Of a stretch of DNA of 64,000 bases, positions 13,537 to 26,894 are shown one piece after another. The notes under the pieces are model-generated. The model was not told the origin of the DNA and ran no database searches. It saw only the letters and a list, made by a program, of their open reading frames with translations. The DNA is taken from positions 70,618,001 through 70,682,000 of the forward strand of contig OX597833.1 in NCBI GenBank assembly GCA_951406725.2, written 5' to 3'. The stretch comes from Octopus vulgaris (lineage: Eukaryota). The translations under genes and the position numbers were made by a program. Each line of letters starts with the position of its first letter. The first letter of the stretch is position 1.

Positions 13537-13624
13537 TAGGAAGTACCTGCCAAGGGCGCTAGCGATGGGTCAAATAGCAGATGACAGTCTTGTGGTTAAG
13601 GCATATATATGTATATATATATAT

Positions 13625-13849
13625 ATGTGTGTGTTTGTGTGTCTGTGTTTGTCCCCTTAGCATTGCTTGACGACCGATGCTGGTGTGTTTACGTCCCCGT
13701 CACTTAGCGGTTCGGCAAAAAAGAGACCGATAGAATAAGTACTGGGCTTACAAAGAATAAGTCCTGGGGTCGATTTGCTCGACTAAAGGCGGTGCTCCAG
13801 CATGGCCGCAGTCAAATGACTGAAACAAGTAAAAGAGTAAAAGAGTAAA
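13625..13849 (+). mobile_element. SINE family A, 3' half
   Basis: Ends in (GTAAAAGA)n tail. Confidence 0.88.
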
Positions 13850-14344
13850 TGAATGGACACATTGGGTAATGCACTCTAAGGTAGACTATGTCTGTAATAA
13901 AAGGGGGGGGGGTTGGTCGTGTCTGGAATGCATTTGATCATAGGTCTGCTCGATCAGGACTGATCTGGAATTAAACAACAGCAGCATGCAGTGCAGACTT
14001 GTGCTAGATTCGGTTTTATAGATCTTTATCGCAAGACAAGTGGATTCGTTATCCATTCAGCCGTCGCAAATAGGTAAAAGTTTCCTATTGTTAACAATCT
14101 CGTTTTCGATTCTCCTTGACTTTCCCTGCTTTTTCTTGAAGTGTCATTAAATGCAGCATTGTCCAAAAAAAAAAAAAAAGAATGGAAAAGAAAAAGAAAA
14201 AAAGCTCAGCCTTAATTCCATCTCAGTCTACCAAATTGTTATCTATTCATACATACCTTCCGTTCTCATCAAGTGGAGTTTCACAATCAAGAATATCTCG
14301 TTGAAAATGAGAGACCATCATGATGTAATGAACACTCCATCAAC

Positions 14345-14702
14345 CATTCATACATACATACATATATATATACACATACACACATATATATACATACACA
14401 CACACACATACACACATACACATATATACATACACATATTATATATATGCATTATATATACGCATTATATATATATACATGCACACATTATATATACACA
14501 TTCACACATACTATTAAGTATTTATATATGTATGTATATATATATATATATATATATATACGCTCACACACATACATACACACATACATACACACATTAT
14601 ATATACATATTATATATATACATACATACACACATACTATCAAGTATTTGTATAATAATATATATACACACACTCATGCACACATACATACACTACCAAA
14701 TA

Positions 14703-14751
<49 letters not shown>

Positions 14752-14825
14752 AATATATTTAGGTTTATCTTTTCCAACATCTCATCTTTTCTCTTCTCTC
14801 TCTCTTCTCTATCTCTCTCTCTCCC

Positions 14826-14870
<45 letters not shown>
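14345..14870. repeat. Compound TA/CA/CT microsatellite block
   Basis: Low-complexity dinucleotide runs. Confidence 0.92.
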
Positions 14871-14872
<2 letters not shown>

Positions 14873-15559
14873 GTTTGTGCTCCGTCTGTTTGTGCTGCGT
14901 CTGCTATTACCGAATGTTTTCGATGCAGCTGGAAATTGATGCCTTTATATTAAAGAAACTCTTTTTATTTCCGGCCGTTCATCATTATGGAAATGAAATC
15001 TGCAAATTCAATTGACTCTCTTTTGTTTCCCCCCAATCTTCGGATAATCTGTCTGGAATTTCCCCCGCACTAATCTCCTCGTTTGATTCATTTGCTCCTG
15101 AACATAACAAGTGGCTATCTTAATCAAACCAGCAGTCGTTTGGTTAAATATTAATCCGGCTGCCAAACTCTCCAGCATTTCCTAAACCAGACTCACTCCT
15201 CTAACACTTGTTGCAGTTCTTTGTTGTTGTTGGTTTTGTCTGTGTTTTGAAGAGGAGACAACAGGAAACGGTTGAGAGGTTTCTTATCCATAGATTATCA
15301 AATGTTCAAAGTTACAGCTAGACAAAGTCATTAGCAGTCGTTAGTCAAACTACCAAACAATTGAGTCAAAAGTTTCTATTTGTTTGGGTGTTTTACATAT
15401 GTTTTTCCAAGTCAGCATGGGTTAGGTGAATATTTATTACTGAAGCATTGTTTTAAAGCTTAAATACCCTTTCAGTCAATGACCCTTTTTTTTTTTTTTT
15501 AAACTCGGGGAGTTCTCCTCTCACTTGCCTTTGAAAGCACAGACATACCAGGAGATTCC

Positions 15560-16030
15560 CATCATCATCATCATCATTTAACGTCTGCTTTCCATGCTAG
15601 CATGGGTTGGACAATTTGACTGAGGTCTGGCGAACTAGACTCCAATCAGATTTTCTACAGCTGGATGCCCTTCCTAACACCAACCACTCCGAGAGTGTAG
15701 TGGATGCTTTTACGTGCCACCGGCACAAGGGCCAGTTTGGTGGTACTGGCAACGGCCACGCCCAAATGGTGCTGTTTACGTGCCACCTGCACAGGTGCCA
15801 GGCGAGGCTGGCAACGACCTTGATTGTATTGGTGCATTTTACGTGCCACCGACATGGAAGCCAGTCGAGGCGACGCTGGCATCGCCCACGATTCGGGTAG
15901 AGTTTTTTACGTGCCACCGGCACGGAAGCCAGTCTAGGCGGCACTGGCATCGGCCACCTTCAGATGGTGCTGTTTACGTGCCACCAGCTCCGGGGTCACA
16001 ACTGCAGTTTCCATTGATTTTGATGTCGCT
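15560..16030 (-). mobile_element. SINE-like family B with five internal tandem modules of about 65 bp
   Basis: TACGTGCCACC recurs near 15711, 15777, 15840, 15908 and 15975; (CAT)n tail. Confidence 0.88.
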
Positions 16031-16357
16031 GACCAACAAATTTCACTTATGAGTTATGATTGGTCAGCCCAAATCTATAATTAATATTTACTGAAAGTGC
16101 CATTCAGTGAGATAAAACCCAGAGCCCACATCATTGTGAAGTGAACATCTTGAAAAAGCAACCACGTCAGTCCCTACTTTAGCTCAGATTTTATTAATTC
16201 ATTTGTTTGTTGGCTTAGAAGGAAGAACAGCATCCATCAGAGCCTTTGAAACTTGCTGGCAGTAGAGAGAGGAAGAATCTGCAACCCCTTGACTTGTTGC
16301 TAATAAATATCTAAAGATCTTTGTAAGTGGCTGGGCATGCCAATAAATAGGGTACCT

Positions 16358-16590
16358 ATTTCTTTATTACCCACAAGGGGCTAAACATAGAGGGGACAAA
16401 TAAGGACAGACGTAGGTATTAAGTCAATTACATCGACCCCAGTGCGAAACTGGTACTTTATTTATCGCCCCCCCTAAAGGATGAAAGGCAAAGTTGACCT
16501 CGGCAGAATTTGAACTCAGAACGTAACGACAGATGAAATACTGCTAAGCATTTCGCCCTTCGCGCTAACGTTTCTGCCAGCTCGCCGCCT
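16358..16590 (-). mobile_element. SINE family C, full length
   Basis: Near-identical to 13305-13536; TSD TAAATAGGGTACCT at 16344-16357 and 16591-16604. Confidence 0.9.
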
Positions 16591-16839
16591 TAAATAGGGT
16601 ACCTTCTACAGGCTAGAGGTGGGTACTGTCAAATCCAGTGGTAGGACTGCTAAACAACCATGGCACTATGTAAGGGAACTCACATCAAGCTATCAATTTC
16701 TCCTTAGAATTCTGTGAAACCCAGAACTTGTAAGGTGTTGATCCCTTGTCAGAGGGGAATCTACTAAAGGTACTGGAAGGGTCAAGGAGTGTTGGTGTTA
16801 AATAGGGGCAGCAGAATTGGCCCTTCACCGAAACATATA

Positions 16840-17009
16840 TAGGCACAGGCATGGCTGTGTGGTTGGAAGTTTGTTTTCTAAGCACATAGTTCCAGGTTCA
16901 GTCCCACTGTGTAGCACCTTGGGCAAGGGCCTTCTACTATAGCCTTGGGCTGACCTAAAGCTTTGTGGGTGGATTTGGTAGACGGAAACTGAAAGAAGCC
17001 TATCATGTA

Positions 17010-17046
<37 letters not shown>

Positions 17047-17240
17047 ATCTTTGTACCTGTGTTCATCCCCACCACCTAAGCTACAGGGACGTATGTTTTC
17101 CTCCCTATAACTTAGTCGTTCAGCAAAAGAGACTGATAGAAGTACCAGGCTTAAAAGGAATAAGTATTTGGGTTGGATCGTTTGACTAAAAACTCTTCAA
17201 GGCAGTGCCCCAGCATGACCACAATCTAATGACCGTTCCA
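16840..17240 (+). mobile_element. SINE family A
   Basis: Head GGCATGGCTGTGTGGT...GGTTCAGTCCC, core and 3' module. Confidence 0.85.
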
Positions 17241-17512
17241 AGATAGTTCCATGGCAAAGTTTTGTTTGGGTTTTTTTTTCTTTTTTTATTTCAACTTCGT
17301 CCCCCCCCCCCCCCCGTTATTCTATTTTGTAGCCAATCTGGGAGAACTCAAGAAGTTGGCGATGATGTCGTTTGTTAATTAAAATGAAACTAACGAATCG
17401 CATTTGGCACCTGTTCTTCATGTTCATCATTACACCGTCTAAACCATCCATGATGAGAGATTGATGCAACTCATAAGCACACACACACACACACACAATG
17501 TACAAGTATATA

Positions 17513-17556
<44 letters not shown>

Positions 17557-17799
17557 CACATGCATACACACATATACCAGAGCATATGCATACACACAAA
17601 CACAAAACTTTTCTTTTTTTCTTCCTTTTCATTTGTTTCCTCTTCCCTTCCCCTCACACCTCCCCCTCTCCTTTATCTCTCACTCTTTCCTCCTCCATCC
17701 CCCTGCCCCATCACTGTCAATCACTGAATGACTAAGAAGATTAAAGCTAGATGAAACAATTTGATTTTTATATACTAAAATAATTATTCTCTTTCGATC

Positions 17800-18108
17800 C
17801 CTGAGCCGGTGGCAAGTAAAAAGCACCATCTTAACGTGGCCGATGCCGGCGCCATCTAGACTGGCTTCCGTGCCAGTGGCACGTAAAATGCACCAACCGA
17901 TCGTGGCCTTTGCCAGCCTCGCCTGGCACATAAAAAGCACCCACTACACTTATGGAGTGGTTGGTGTTAGGAAGGGCATCCAGCTGTAGAAACACTGCCA
18001 GATCAGACTGGGGCCTGGTGCAGCCTTCTGGCTTCCCATATCCCCGGTCGAACCGTCCAACCCATGCTAGCATGGAGAACGGACGTTAAACGATGATGAT
18101 GATGATGA
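17800..18108 (+). mobile_element. SINE-like family B (3 modules)
   Basis: GTGGCACGTAAAA modules, AGGAAGGGCATCCAGCTGTAGAAA, (GAT)n. Confidence 0.88.
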
Positions 18109-18231
18109 TTTGTAACCTTCAGGCAGTGAATTGGGTCCTTAAAATACCTCGGTTTTGCTGCTCTGTATCTCCTCCAGTCTGTTGGGTGGACAGCATGATG
18201 GTTAGAATTAGCTTAGCGCTTCAGTTTCATA

Positions 18232-18662
18232 TATGTATGTATGTATGTCTGATTTCAAGATTTCTTGCCAATAGAGAAAGAACCGGTTTCTAACCTAGAT
18301 CCAAGGCTCCTTCATTGGAATTTAAACATCAACAACAGGGTATGTGTGTATGTATGTATGTATGTATGTTTTGCTTTATGCATGCATTCTCATGCATATA
18401 CTTGCATATCTAGACATGCTCATATATACTTAAATGATAAACTTCCGGAAAGTTTTACAGATTTTTACAGTTCCAGTGATGGATTGAATCTGTAGTCCTC
18501 AAACCAGCTTTCACCTTTCTGATTTTTTAAGAAGCCTAATTTCTCAAGATTGGTATTTAGGCAGTGTGTTACATATCCCAGGGCCCCAATAATTGCAGGT
18601 ATAAATCTGGACTTGTAATCTGGATAAGGTAACTGCAAATTTCTCAGTAGTTCAACATATAT
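18232..18662 (-). mobile_element. 3' end of a non-LTR retrotransposon with restriction-like endonuclease (RLE)
   Basis: Minus frame YVELLRNLQLPYPDYKSRFIPAIIGALGYV...LEKLGF, frameshifted into QIQSITGTVKICKTFRKFII*; the 3' UTR runs into (TACA)n. Confidence 0.7.
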
Positions 18663-18663
18663 G

Positions 18664-19010
18664 CTCTTTTTTTTACTCTTTTTACTTGTTTCAGTCATTT
18701 GACTGTGGCCATGCTGGAGCACCACCTTTTAGTCAAGCAAATCAACCTCAGGACTTATTCTTTGTAAGCCTAGTACTTATTCTATCGATCTCTTGCCGAA
18801 CCGCTAAGTTACGGGGATGTAAACACACCAACATCGGTTGTCAAGCGATGTTGGGAGGACAAACACAGACACACAAACACACACACACACACACATATAT
18901 ACACATATATACGACGGGCTTCTTTCAGTTTCCGTCTACCATATCCACTCACAAGGCTTTGGTTGGCCTGAGGCTATAGTAGAAGACACTTACCACACAG
19001 CCACTCCTAC
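18664..19010 (-). mobile_element. SINE family A with a deletion in the head
   Basis: Similarity to the other family A copies. Confidence 0.85.
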
Positions 19011-19056
<46 letters not shown>

Positions 19057-20164
19057 TAGCTTAATAACAACAGTTATTTTACTAAATTCATCTTTTGCAA
19101 AATTAAATGAAACAAAGAGAATGTATTTCAGTAGAAGTGTGGTAAGAAAAAGGGTTGGACCCAAATTAGACTTGATTAAGCAGCATTCCAACTGCGACCA
19201 TCCTGTCGTTATTTCAGACATTGTGTATGTATCTATATTTCTAGATTATCAAGTGTGTCCTTTGAATTTTTTTCAAGGTGGAAGGATGTGATATGAGAGA
19301 GATTTGGCTGCTATTTCTAACATTTCCAGTATTGGCTCAGTGTTTGTCAGTCTAACCTTTTTGTTTGGTGCGTGAGGTGTGTCTGTGTCTGTGTGTCTGT
19401 GTTTGCGCCTTTGTGCACTCATAAAGGCCCGAGATGTGTGTTAGTGTGTATATATTTCTGTTCTTATCCCATTGTAAGCAACAGTTAACACACAAAAACT
19501 CCGCTGGGGTATTTATAAATCACGCAAATCGTATCAGGATACAGACTAGCCTGTCTTGAAAAAAAATATCACATATGCCAATTCTATATCGCAGCAGCAG
19601 CAGCAGCAGACATGGCAGCAGCAGCATCTTTTGTTGTTTTATTTTTATATTACATTCGGCTTCCTTTCAGAATTACCACTTGTCTGTGAAAGTACCATTC
19701 TTTTTTTCCTGTTTATCTATTTATTTAGTCATTTCTTTTTGGGTTTTTTTCCTTTTTTTTTTTTCTGTGGTGGTGGTCATGGTCGTGGTGGGTTTTTTTT
19801 TCTAACAGTTAAGATCTTTACAATAATGGAATTGTCGATAATTTCTTCATACAGCCTTTGCATTTGTTTACAACTCTGCTTTACTTCATGTCAGCTGTTA
19901 GGTTAAAATAAAACAGACCAAACAACAACAATAAAGAAAAAAAAAACACTGATGATGATGATGATGATGATGATGTTTTTTTCTACCATTGGACACTGTG
20001 AAGAAACCATTATGCATTAATGATTAATCAACAAAACACACAGACACACACACAAAACTCGAGTCAGTCCAATCGTTACCAATCATATTCAGACTTGCAT
20101 TTTGCTGAAATGTTAAATTCCATGCTCAGACACACACATTGACCTATACAAACATATATACCCC

Positions 20165-20850
20165 TACACACATTCACTCATGCACATATACACATGCACA
20201 CTCATGCACACATACACATGCATGTACATGCACACACAGTCACACATGCACACACACTCACACACTCTCACACACACATGCACACACACTCACGCACACA
20301 TGCACACACTCTCACACACACATGCACACACTCTCACACACACATGCCCACACACTCTCACACACACATGCACACACACTCACACACACATGCACACACT
20401 CTCACACACACATGCACACACTCTCACACACACATGCACACACACTCACACACACATGCACACACTCACACACTCTCACACACATGCACACACTCTCACA
20501 CACTCTCACACACATGCACACACTCACACACACACATGCACACACACTCACACACACATGCACACACTCTCACACACACATGCACACACTCTCACGCACA
20601 CATGCACACACTCTCACACACACATGCACACACTCTCACACACACATGCACACACACTCACACACACACATGCACACACTCACACACTCTCACACACATG
20701 CACACACTCACACACACATGCACACACTCACACACATGCACACACTCACACACATGCACACACTCACACACATGCACACACTCACACACACATTCACACA
20801 CACTCACACACACACGCACACTCACACATGCACACACTCACACTCACACA
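20165..20850. repeat. CA-derived minisatellite (CACACATGCACACACT-like units)
   Basis: Tandem units visible; explains the His/Thr-rich ORFs. Confidence 0.95.
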
Positions 20851-21210
20851 GTGCTATTGTCTATAGAAATACTTGAGCTGATTTCTTCCATTCCGTCTCC
20901 TCCCACCCACCCATCCACCCTCTCCCCCCTATAAGTCATGGCAGTCAAAGTTAAAATTAATGGTTTAGATAAATAAATAAACAAGTAGATAAAATAAATA
21001 AATTTCAAATTCTGAATCGTTTTTTTGTTGCCAGTGTTGCTTCACCCCAGACTGGCGGCACCGATCTAGCAGACTTCTCGTTCCAGTCCTGACCATTTTA
21101 TCTTCGGTTTCCAGGCATACGATTTCAAAAACCAAATTATCCAATGTTTTGATTTTATTATAATAATAATATTAATAATAACTATTATTATCATTATTAT
21201 TATTATTAAT

Positions 21211-21794
21211 GGGTTTTTCTTCTTCTTTCAAATTTGCTTCCATTTCTTGCCGAGTGTCTTCCCGACTCCTAGGGCAAAGAAACTCATAGTATTCATTGGT
21301 AGGCCATTAAACTAAACTCACTAGTTTGTTCATTTTTTTTTTTTTTGATAGAAATAAAGTTAAATTAAAATACATGGGTAGTAATAGTTCTCACATCGAC
21401 AATGCTCTTCTCAATACGTGTGATGTACCAGTTAAGGCAATCTTTTGCACTTCTTGCAGGGATGGTAAGCCAGGGATCATTCTCATATAATTTTCGGTTC
21501 CCTTCTTGATCATTCCTAGTGCTCCTACAATCACTGGTATTGTAACCGCCTTGAGATGCTACATTTTCTCAATTTCAATGAGCAGGTCTTTATATTTTCT
21601 GAGCTTGTCAAATTTTTTCGTTGAGATATTATGATCACAGGGGATGCTCATGTCGATCAATAAGCAAACTTTATTGTTTTGGTCTTTCACAACAATATCT
21701 GGTTTATTGGCTTTGATGGTTCGGTCTGTATGTACTAGAAAGTCCCACAGAATCGTTACATTTTCGCCTTCAGTTACAGCTTCAGGGTGGTGAT
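21211..21794 (-). mobile_element. 3' fragment of an R4/Dong-clade LINE (RLE domain plus 3' UTR)
   Basis: Minus frame HHPEAVTEGENVTILWDFLVHTDRTIKANKPDIVVKD...LLIDMSIPCD...KLRKYKDL...KM*HLKAVTIPVIVGALG...LRRALSM* (stop 21391-21393); TAA repeats on both flanks. Confidence 0.9.
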
Positions 21795-21810
21795 TATTAT
21801 TATTATTATT

Positions 21811-22030
21811 AAGGCAGTGAGCTGGCAGTCGTTAGTATGCCAGGCAAAATGCTAAGCATTTCATACATCTGCATGATCTGAGTTCAAATTCCACCAAGGT
21901 CAACTTGCCTTTCATCCTTTCAGGGCCAATAAATTAAGTACCAGTGAAACACTGGGGTCGATGTGATCGACTGCCCCACTCCCCACAAATTTCAGGCCTT
22001 GTGCCTTTAGTACAAAGGATTATTATTATT
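21811..22030 (+). mobile_element. SINE family C variant
   Basis: AAGGCAGTGAGCTGGCAG head, GCCTTTCATCCTTTC core, (ATT)n tail. Confidence 0.8.
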
Positions 22031-22032
22031 GT

Positions 22033-22302
22033 CAGCTGCGGGGTCACTCCGAAAAGCTCTATCTGCAACGATTTCATCTCAATCAAAGGAGAGGGACTTT
22101 CTCCGACCGGGTTGCGGATCCGTGGAATAAGCTGCTGGACGAGATAGTGAAGATGCCGACGACCGCTCGGTTCAAAGTCTCCCTTGACCAGAAATGGCCT
22201 GAACTCTTTGCATGAACACCACCCTCTACATAACTCCATGTCCCCCTACATGGCCTTGCTTTTTGCTTTTTGAGCCAAAAAATTAACTTAACTTAACTTA
22301 AC
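22033..22302 (+). mobile_element. 3' end of a CR1-type LINE
   Basis: Frame QLRGHSEKLYLQRFHLNQRRGTFSDRVADPWNKLLDEIV...FKVSLDQKW...* (RGH..KL and RV...WN motifs); (TAACT)n tail. Confidence 0.85.
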
Positions 22303-23090
22303 ATTAGCATGTAAGACAAAATCTTTAGATTAACCTAAGTTAATGTGATCTTTATACCTGAAGCGACAAGATAGTCATGGTGTGAATACCTTCACTCATA
22401 AATCTCTTCAGTCAAGACTGACCTGGATTTACGACAGTTATATAATCACTCAATATTTCATTGATTCTTTTGACACGTTTTCAGTGTTTTGTCTTTACGT
22501 TTCAATTCCCATTGAGGTCAACTTTGCCTTTCGACCTTCCTGGGTAAGGCTGCGACTGGGGTGAGGGTGCGGTCAGTAAGATAAATACTAGTGAAGTACC
22601 GGGATCGATATAATTGACTACCCCACCCCAATGCCAGCCTGAGGTTTTGTGTCTGTGCAAGGGTCAATATTTCCCATCGATTAAAATTTAAAAGAGAACT
22701 GGTTTTTTTTTTAAATGTAAAATGAATTATCAAAGGAGAAATTATGTACATGGAAAATAATTTCGGCACCGGGTGTTTCATGTCTTGGCCTCACCAAGGA
22801 AACCATTGATTAAGAAACGATGAGTTGGTTTACCTTGTGTGTTGTGGTGCATTTTTGTATAGTGATGTCAGCCACAGTATCGTCGTTCCAGCAATGTCTT
22901 TCATTTCAAGAATGCAATAGATCAATCAGTACACTGTTACATAGCATCCATACATCCATCTCTCTTCATCCATCTATCCATCCATCGATCCATCCATCCG
23001 TCTATTCATTCATCTATCTCTACATCCATCCTTCTGTCCATCTATCTCTCCAACTATCAGTCTCTCCATCCGTTCATCTCTCCATCCATC

Positions 23091-23121
<31 letters not shown>

Positions 23122-23776
23122 TAGAGGTTGGGGTCAATTCGTTTGAGTAAAAAATTCTTCAAGGCAATGTCATGGCATGGCTGAAGTCTAACTGAACCAA
23201 GTAAAAAATAAGATATATATATACCATTGTTTCTGGCTTCTCTCGCCATCTCTCACCATGTATAGCACTTCTATAGCAAGACATCTATTTCTGCCTCCCT
23301 ATTTCTCTGTTACACTCTAACCTTTCATCATTTGATACTGGATCACCTCATCTAATGACCCCTCTGTTTTGGCAAGACACTGGCTTCTGTCTCCTTGTCA
23401 CACACTAACTTTCGTCCTTTGACACAAATGCCCCTGTCCTTCTCATAATCCCTTGTCTTGTGAGTTACTTGGTGACCCTGCCAGTGTTGGTGCCACGATA
23501 AAAAACATCCAGTCCACACTGTAATGTGGTTGGCACCTAGAAGGGCATCCAGCTGTAAAAATCTTGCCAAAACTAACTTTGCTTTATGCTAGTGACATTT
23601 AAATGCTAAAAGGGTTAAACAGCCACAATTCTAAACTTACAAAAACAGTTTCTGCTTCTTAAATCTTGTCAAAACTAGACTCCAAAAGGAATGTATTTTT
23701 ACTTTTATTATCAAAAACCTTATATCACTATTCTTTTTCTTCTGGTATATATATATATCTCTCTTTTTTTTTTAAT

Positions 23777-24038
23777 TCTTTTTACTTGTTTCAGTCATTT
23801 GACTGTGGCCATGCTGGAGCACCGCCTTTAGTCGAGCACATCGACCCCAGGACTTATTCTTTGTAAGCGCAGTACTTATTCTATCGGTCTCTTTTGCCGA
23901 ACTGCTAAGTAACAGGGACGTAAACACACCGGCATCGGTTGTCAAGCAATGCTAGGGGGACAAACACAGACACACAAATACACACATATATATATATGTA
24001 TATACATATATACGACAGGCTTCTTTCAGATTCCGTTT

Positions 24039-24040
<2 letters not shown>
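23777..24040 (-). mobile_element. SINE family A, 3' part
   Basis: Similarity to the other family A copies. Confidence 0.85.
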
Positions 24041-24070
<30 letters not shown>

Positions 24071-25550
24071 TAATATAATATAATATAGTTTTTCGTCTTT
24101 TTGAAAATTTTCTAAGGGATAAATTTAAACAATTTTCAAAAACCCATAGAAATATATTGATCTCAAAATGATAACAAATTTTACAGCGAATAGAAAATGT
24201 TATTCATTTATAATTTTTATTTGAATTTTATATGATTTGAAAAGGGTGAAATGAAATCATTTTTATCGTGGAAACCATTTTCATCATGGAATTTTTATTT
24301 CCACAATCTATTATTTTATTTATTTATTTATTTTATGGTAAAATAAATTTCTAAATTACATGTTAGTAGAATTTAAAAAGTTGCGAAATTCAGCTGCTTT
24401 CAATCCCACTTAGCTTCTTCTTCCTCTTCTTCTTCATCATCATCATCATCATCATCATGCTTTTAATTTTGCAAGTAGAACCTTTCACTAAATCAAATAC
24501 CCTGCTTTTGTGTATTCTGCATAATAATTTAAATTAAAAACTAATTAATTCCACATCAAACAAATAATGAAACAAGCCATTGAGAGCACTTCTATGTGGT
24601 TGCTCAACATGTTCTAGAAATAGTGGCCAAATCTACCTCAAATCAAATCATATCACCTTTAAAAGGTGGAGGACAATGAACAGAGATATATTTATTGAAT
24701 AACATTATCTGAGCTAAACTATGCCTGAAAGGGTGGGATGGTCACTTTGGAACGTCTTTGATCATAGTTCTGCTCAGTTAGGACTGACTTACTGTTAAAC
24801 AACTGGACTAAGATCTGAACTAGGAATCCTTATTTCTAAACTAAGACTAGCAGCACCCTTATACACACAACAGAGGTATCTTGACCAACTGGACAAGAGC
24901 ACCACTATACTCTCATTATTTATATATCTAGGGCTATATCGTCCAATGTATCCTTTCTTTTCAAAGGAAGTAGACTGTCATCTGAGTGAGATTTAGCTGC
25001 TGTTTCTAGCAATGAAATAGAAACTCTCTGGTTGGCTCATGCCATTTATGTATGGGGAGTTGTACCTGCTGACAGATAGGTTGGCTGAAATCTGTGAAGT
25101 ATGGAGCTACACACACACACACACAGCTCATAGATTGTAATTCGTACAATTATAACCATTCAGCTGGTGTGTGTGTGGGGGGGTCTGGCTGGCTGGCTGG
25201 GTGGGGGTGGTTGCGTGCGTGCGTGATTCATAAGAAAGCTAAACTAAATTGTCAAGTGACCCACATAAAGCACTTCTGTGAAGTGTAACATTTAACATTG
25301 TTAATGCCATTCACTTGAGGAATGGCTATTTTGGGAAGCAAAAACAGATTGAAAATGGCAAATATTAAAAATTGCTTCAACCAAAGACAAGATTCCAGTA
25401 CAAAGAAGCTGAGGAATTTTTTTTCTTATCAATGCGTTTTTCTTTGAGCCAGTCAGTGTATTTCTATATGGGTCAAACAACAGCCAAGTCTCTTTTGAAT
25501 CACAGCCTGCCATCTTGAAAAAAGGACACATTGGGTGATGTAATCCAAGC

Positions 25551-26354
25551 TAACCCTTTCCTTACCATATTCCTTATTGATACACACTGGCTTTGAGTCT
25601 TTTAATTTTGAAAATAATGAGGAATTTAGCAAGATAACTCTTTGCTCTTTTTACTTGTTTCAGTCATTTGACTGCGGCCATGCTGGAGCACCGCCTTTAA
25701 TCGAGCAACTCGACCCCGGGACTTATTCTTTTGTAAGCCCAGTACTTATTTTATCGGTCTCTTTTACCGAACCGCTAAGTAACGGGTACATAAGCACACC
25801 AGCATCGGTTGTCAAGCAATGCTAGGGGGACAAATACAGACACACAAACACACACACGCATATATATATATACATATATACGACGGGCTTCTTTCAGTTT
25901 CCGTCTACCAAATCAACTCACAAGGCTTTGGTCGGCCCGAGGCTATAGTAGAAGACACTTGCCCAAGGTGCCACGCAGTGGGACTGAACCCGGGACCATA
26001 TGGTTTGTAAGCAAGCTACTTACCACACAGCCACTCCTGCGCCTATTATTAAACTGGTGTTTGGAACATAATTTTCATGAACAACTTTAACCCTTTAGGG
26101 TTTAAACCAGCCATGCCCAGCCCATATATTCTGCCTGTTTTATGTTTAAACTGGTCAGATCTGGCCTCTCACACCTATCCTACAATGTCATTCTAAAAAA
26201 TAAACATTAACATCATTGAAATCTCTGAAGCTATAAGATAATCCAGGATTTATTCAGAACAACGTGAATGCTTAAAAGTTAATTCAGACAATTTTAAATC
26301 AGGATGTTTGTATCATAGAACCGAGTTTGGCCAAGTTTGTATCGAAAAGGTTAA
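25551..26354. mobile_element. TTAA-type MITE carrying a nested SINE A (25645-26044, -) and a second TTAA MITE (26087-26282)
   Basis: Ends TAACCCTTTC...GAAAAGGTTAA; the interrupted halves resemble the MITE at 36978-37206. Confidence 0.7.
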
Positions 26355-26408
26355 ACTATTTACACTCTTTACATTTGATGGATATTTGTCCTCAGCTTGT
26401 TTGTTGTT

Positions 26409-26454
26409 AACACAACGATTCGGCTGATTTACCCTCCAGCCTTCATCAGGTGTC
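26409..26454 (-). ncRNA. Minimal hammerhead ribozyme motif, GAAA mutated to GAAT
   Basis: GACAC CTGATGA A GGCTG-GAGGGTAAAT-CAGCC GAAT CGTT GTGTT. Confidence 0.6.
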
Positions 26455-26894
26455 TTGGGAGAAATTTTGAACCTGGGTTCTCATTCCTAAGGTATCTTTC
26501 AATGTTATTATTATTATTCAGGTCATTGCCTGGAATCGAACTCAGAATCTTGTGGTTTGTAGCACGGGCTACTAACTCCATGATTTCGAGTTCGATTCCA
26601 GGCAGTGACCTGAATAATAATAATAATAATAATTCTTACTTCTTTACTGCCCACAAGGGGCTACACAGAGAGGACAAACAGATTAAGTCGATTATATCAA
26701 CCCCAGTGCATAACTGGTATGTATTTAATCGACCCTGAAAGGATGAAAGGCAAAGTCAACCTCTGCGGAATTTGAACTCAGAACGTAGCTGCAGATGAAA
26801 TACCGCTAAGCATTTTGCCCTGCGTGCTAACGTTCCTGCCAGCTCAATCAAAAATTACCTTAGGAATGAGAACCCAGGTTTGAAATTTCCCCAA

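Noticed and set aside
15700-15990. Repeat-spacer appearance similar to a CRISPR array
   Set aside because: The spacers are homologous to each other, the array lies inside a eukaryotic interspersed repeat, and there are no cas genes.
20139-20934. Long His/Thr-rich ORFs (also 14151-14953, 41163-41818, 56154-57281, 62565-63056)
   Set aside because: Open in several frames only because CA/TA/CT repeats lack stop codons; no protein-like composition.
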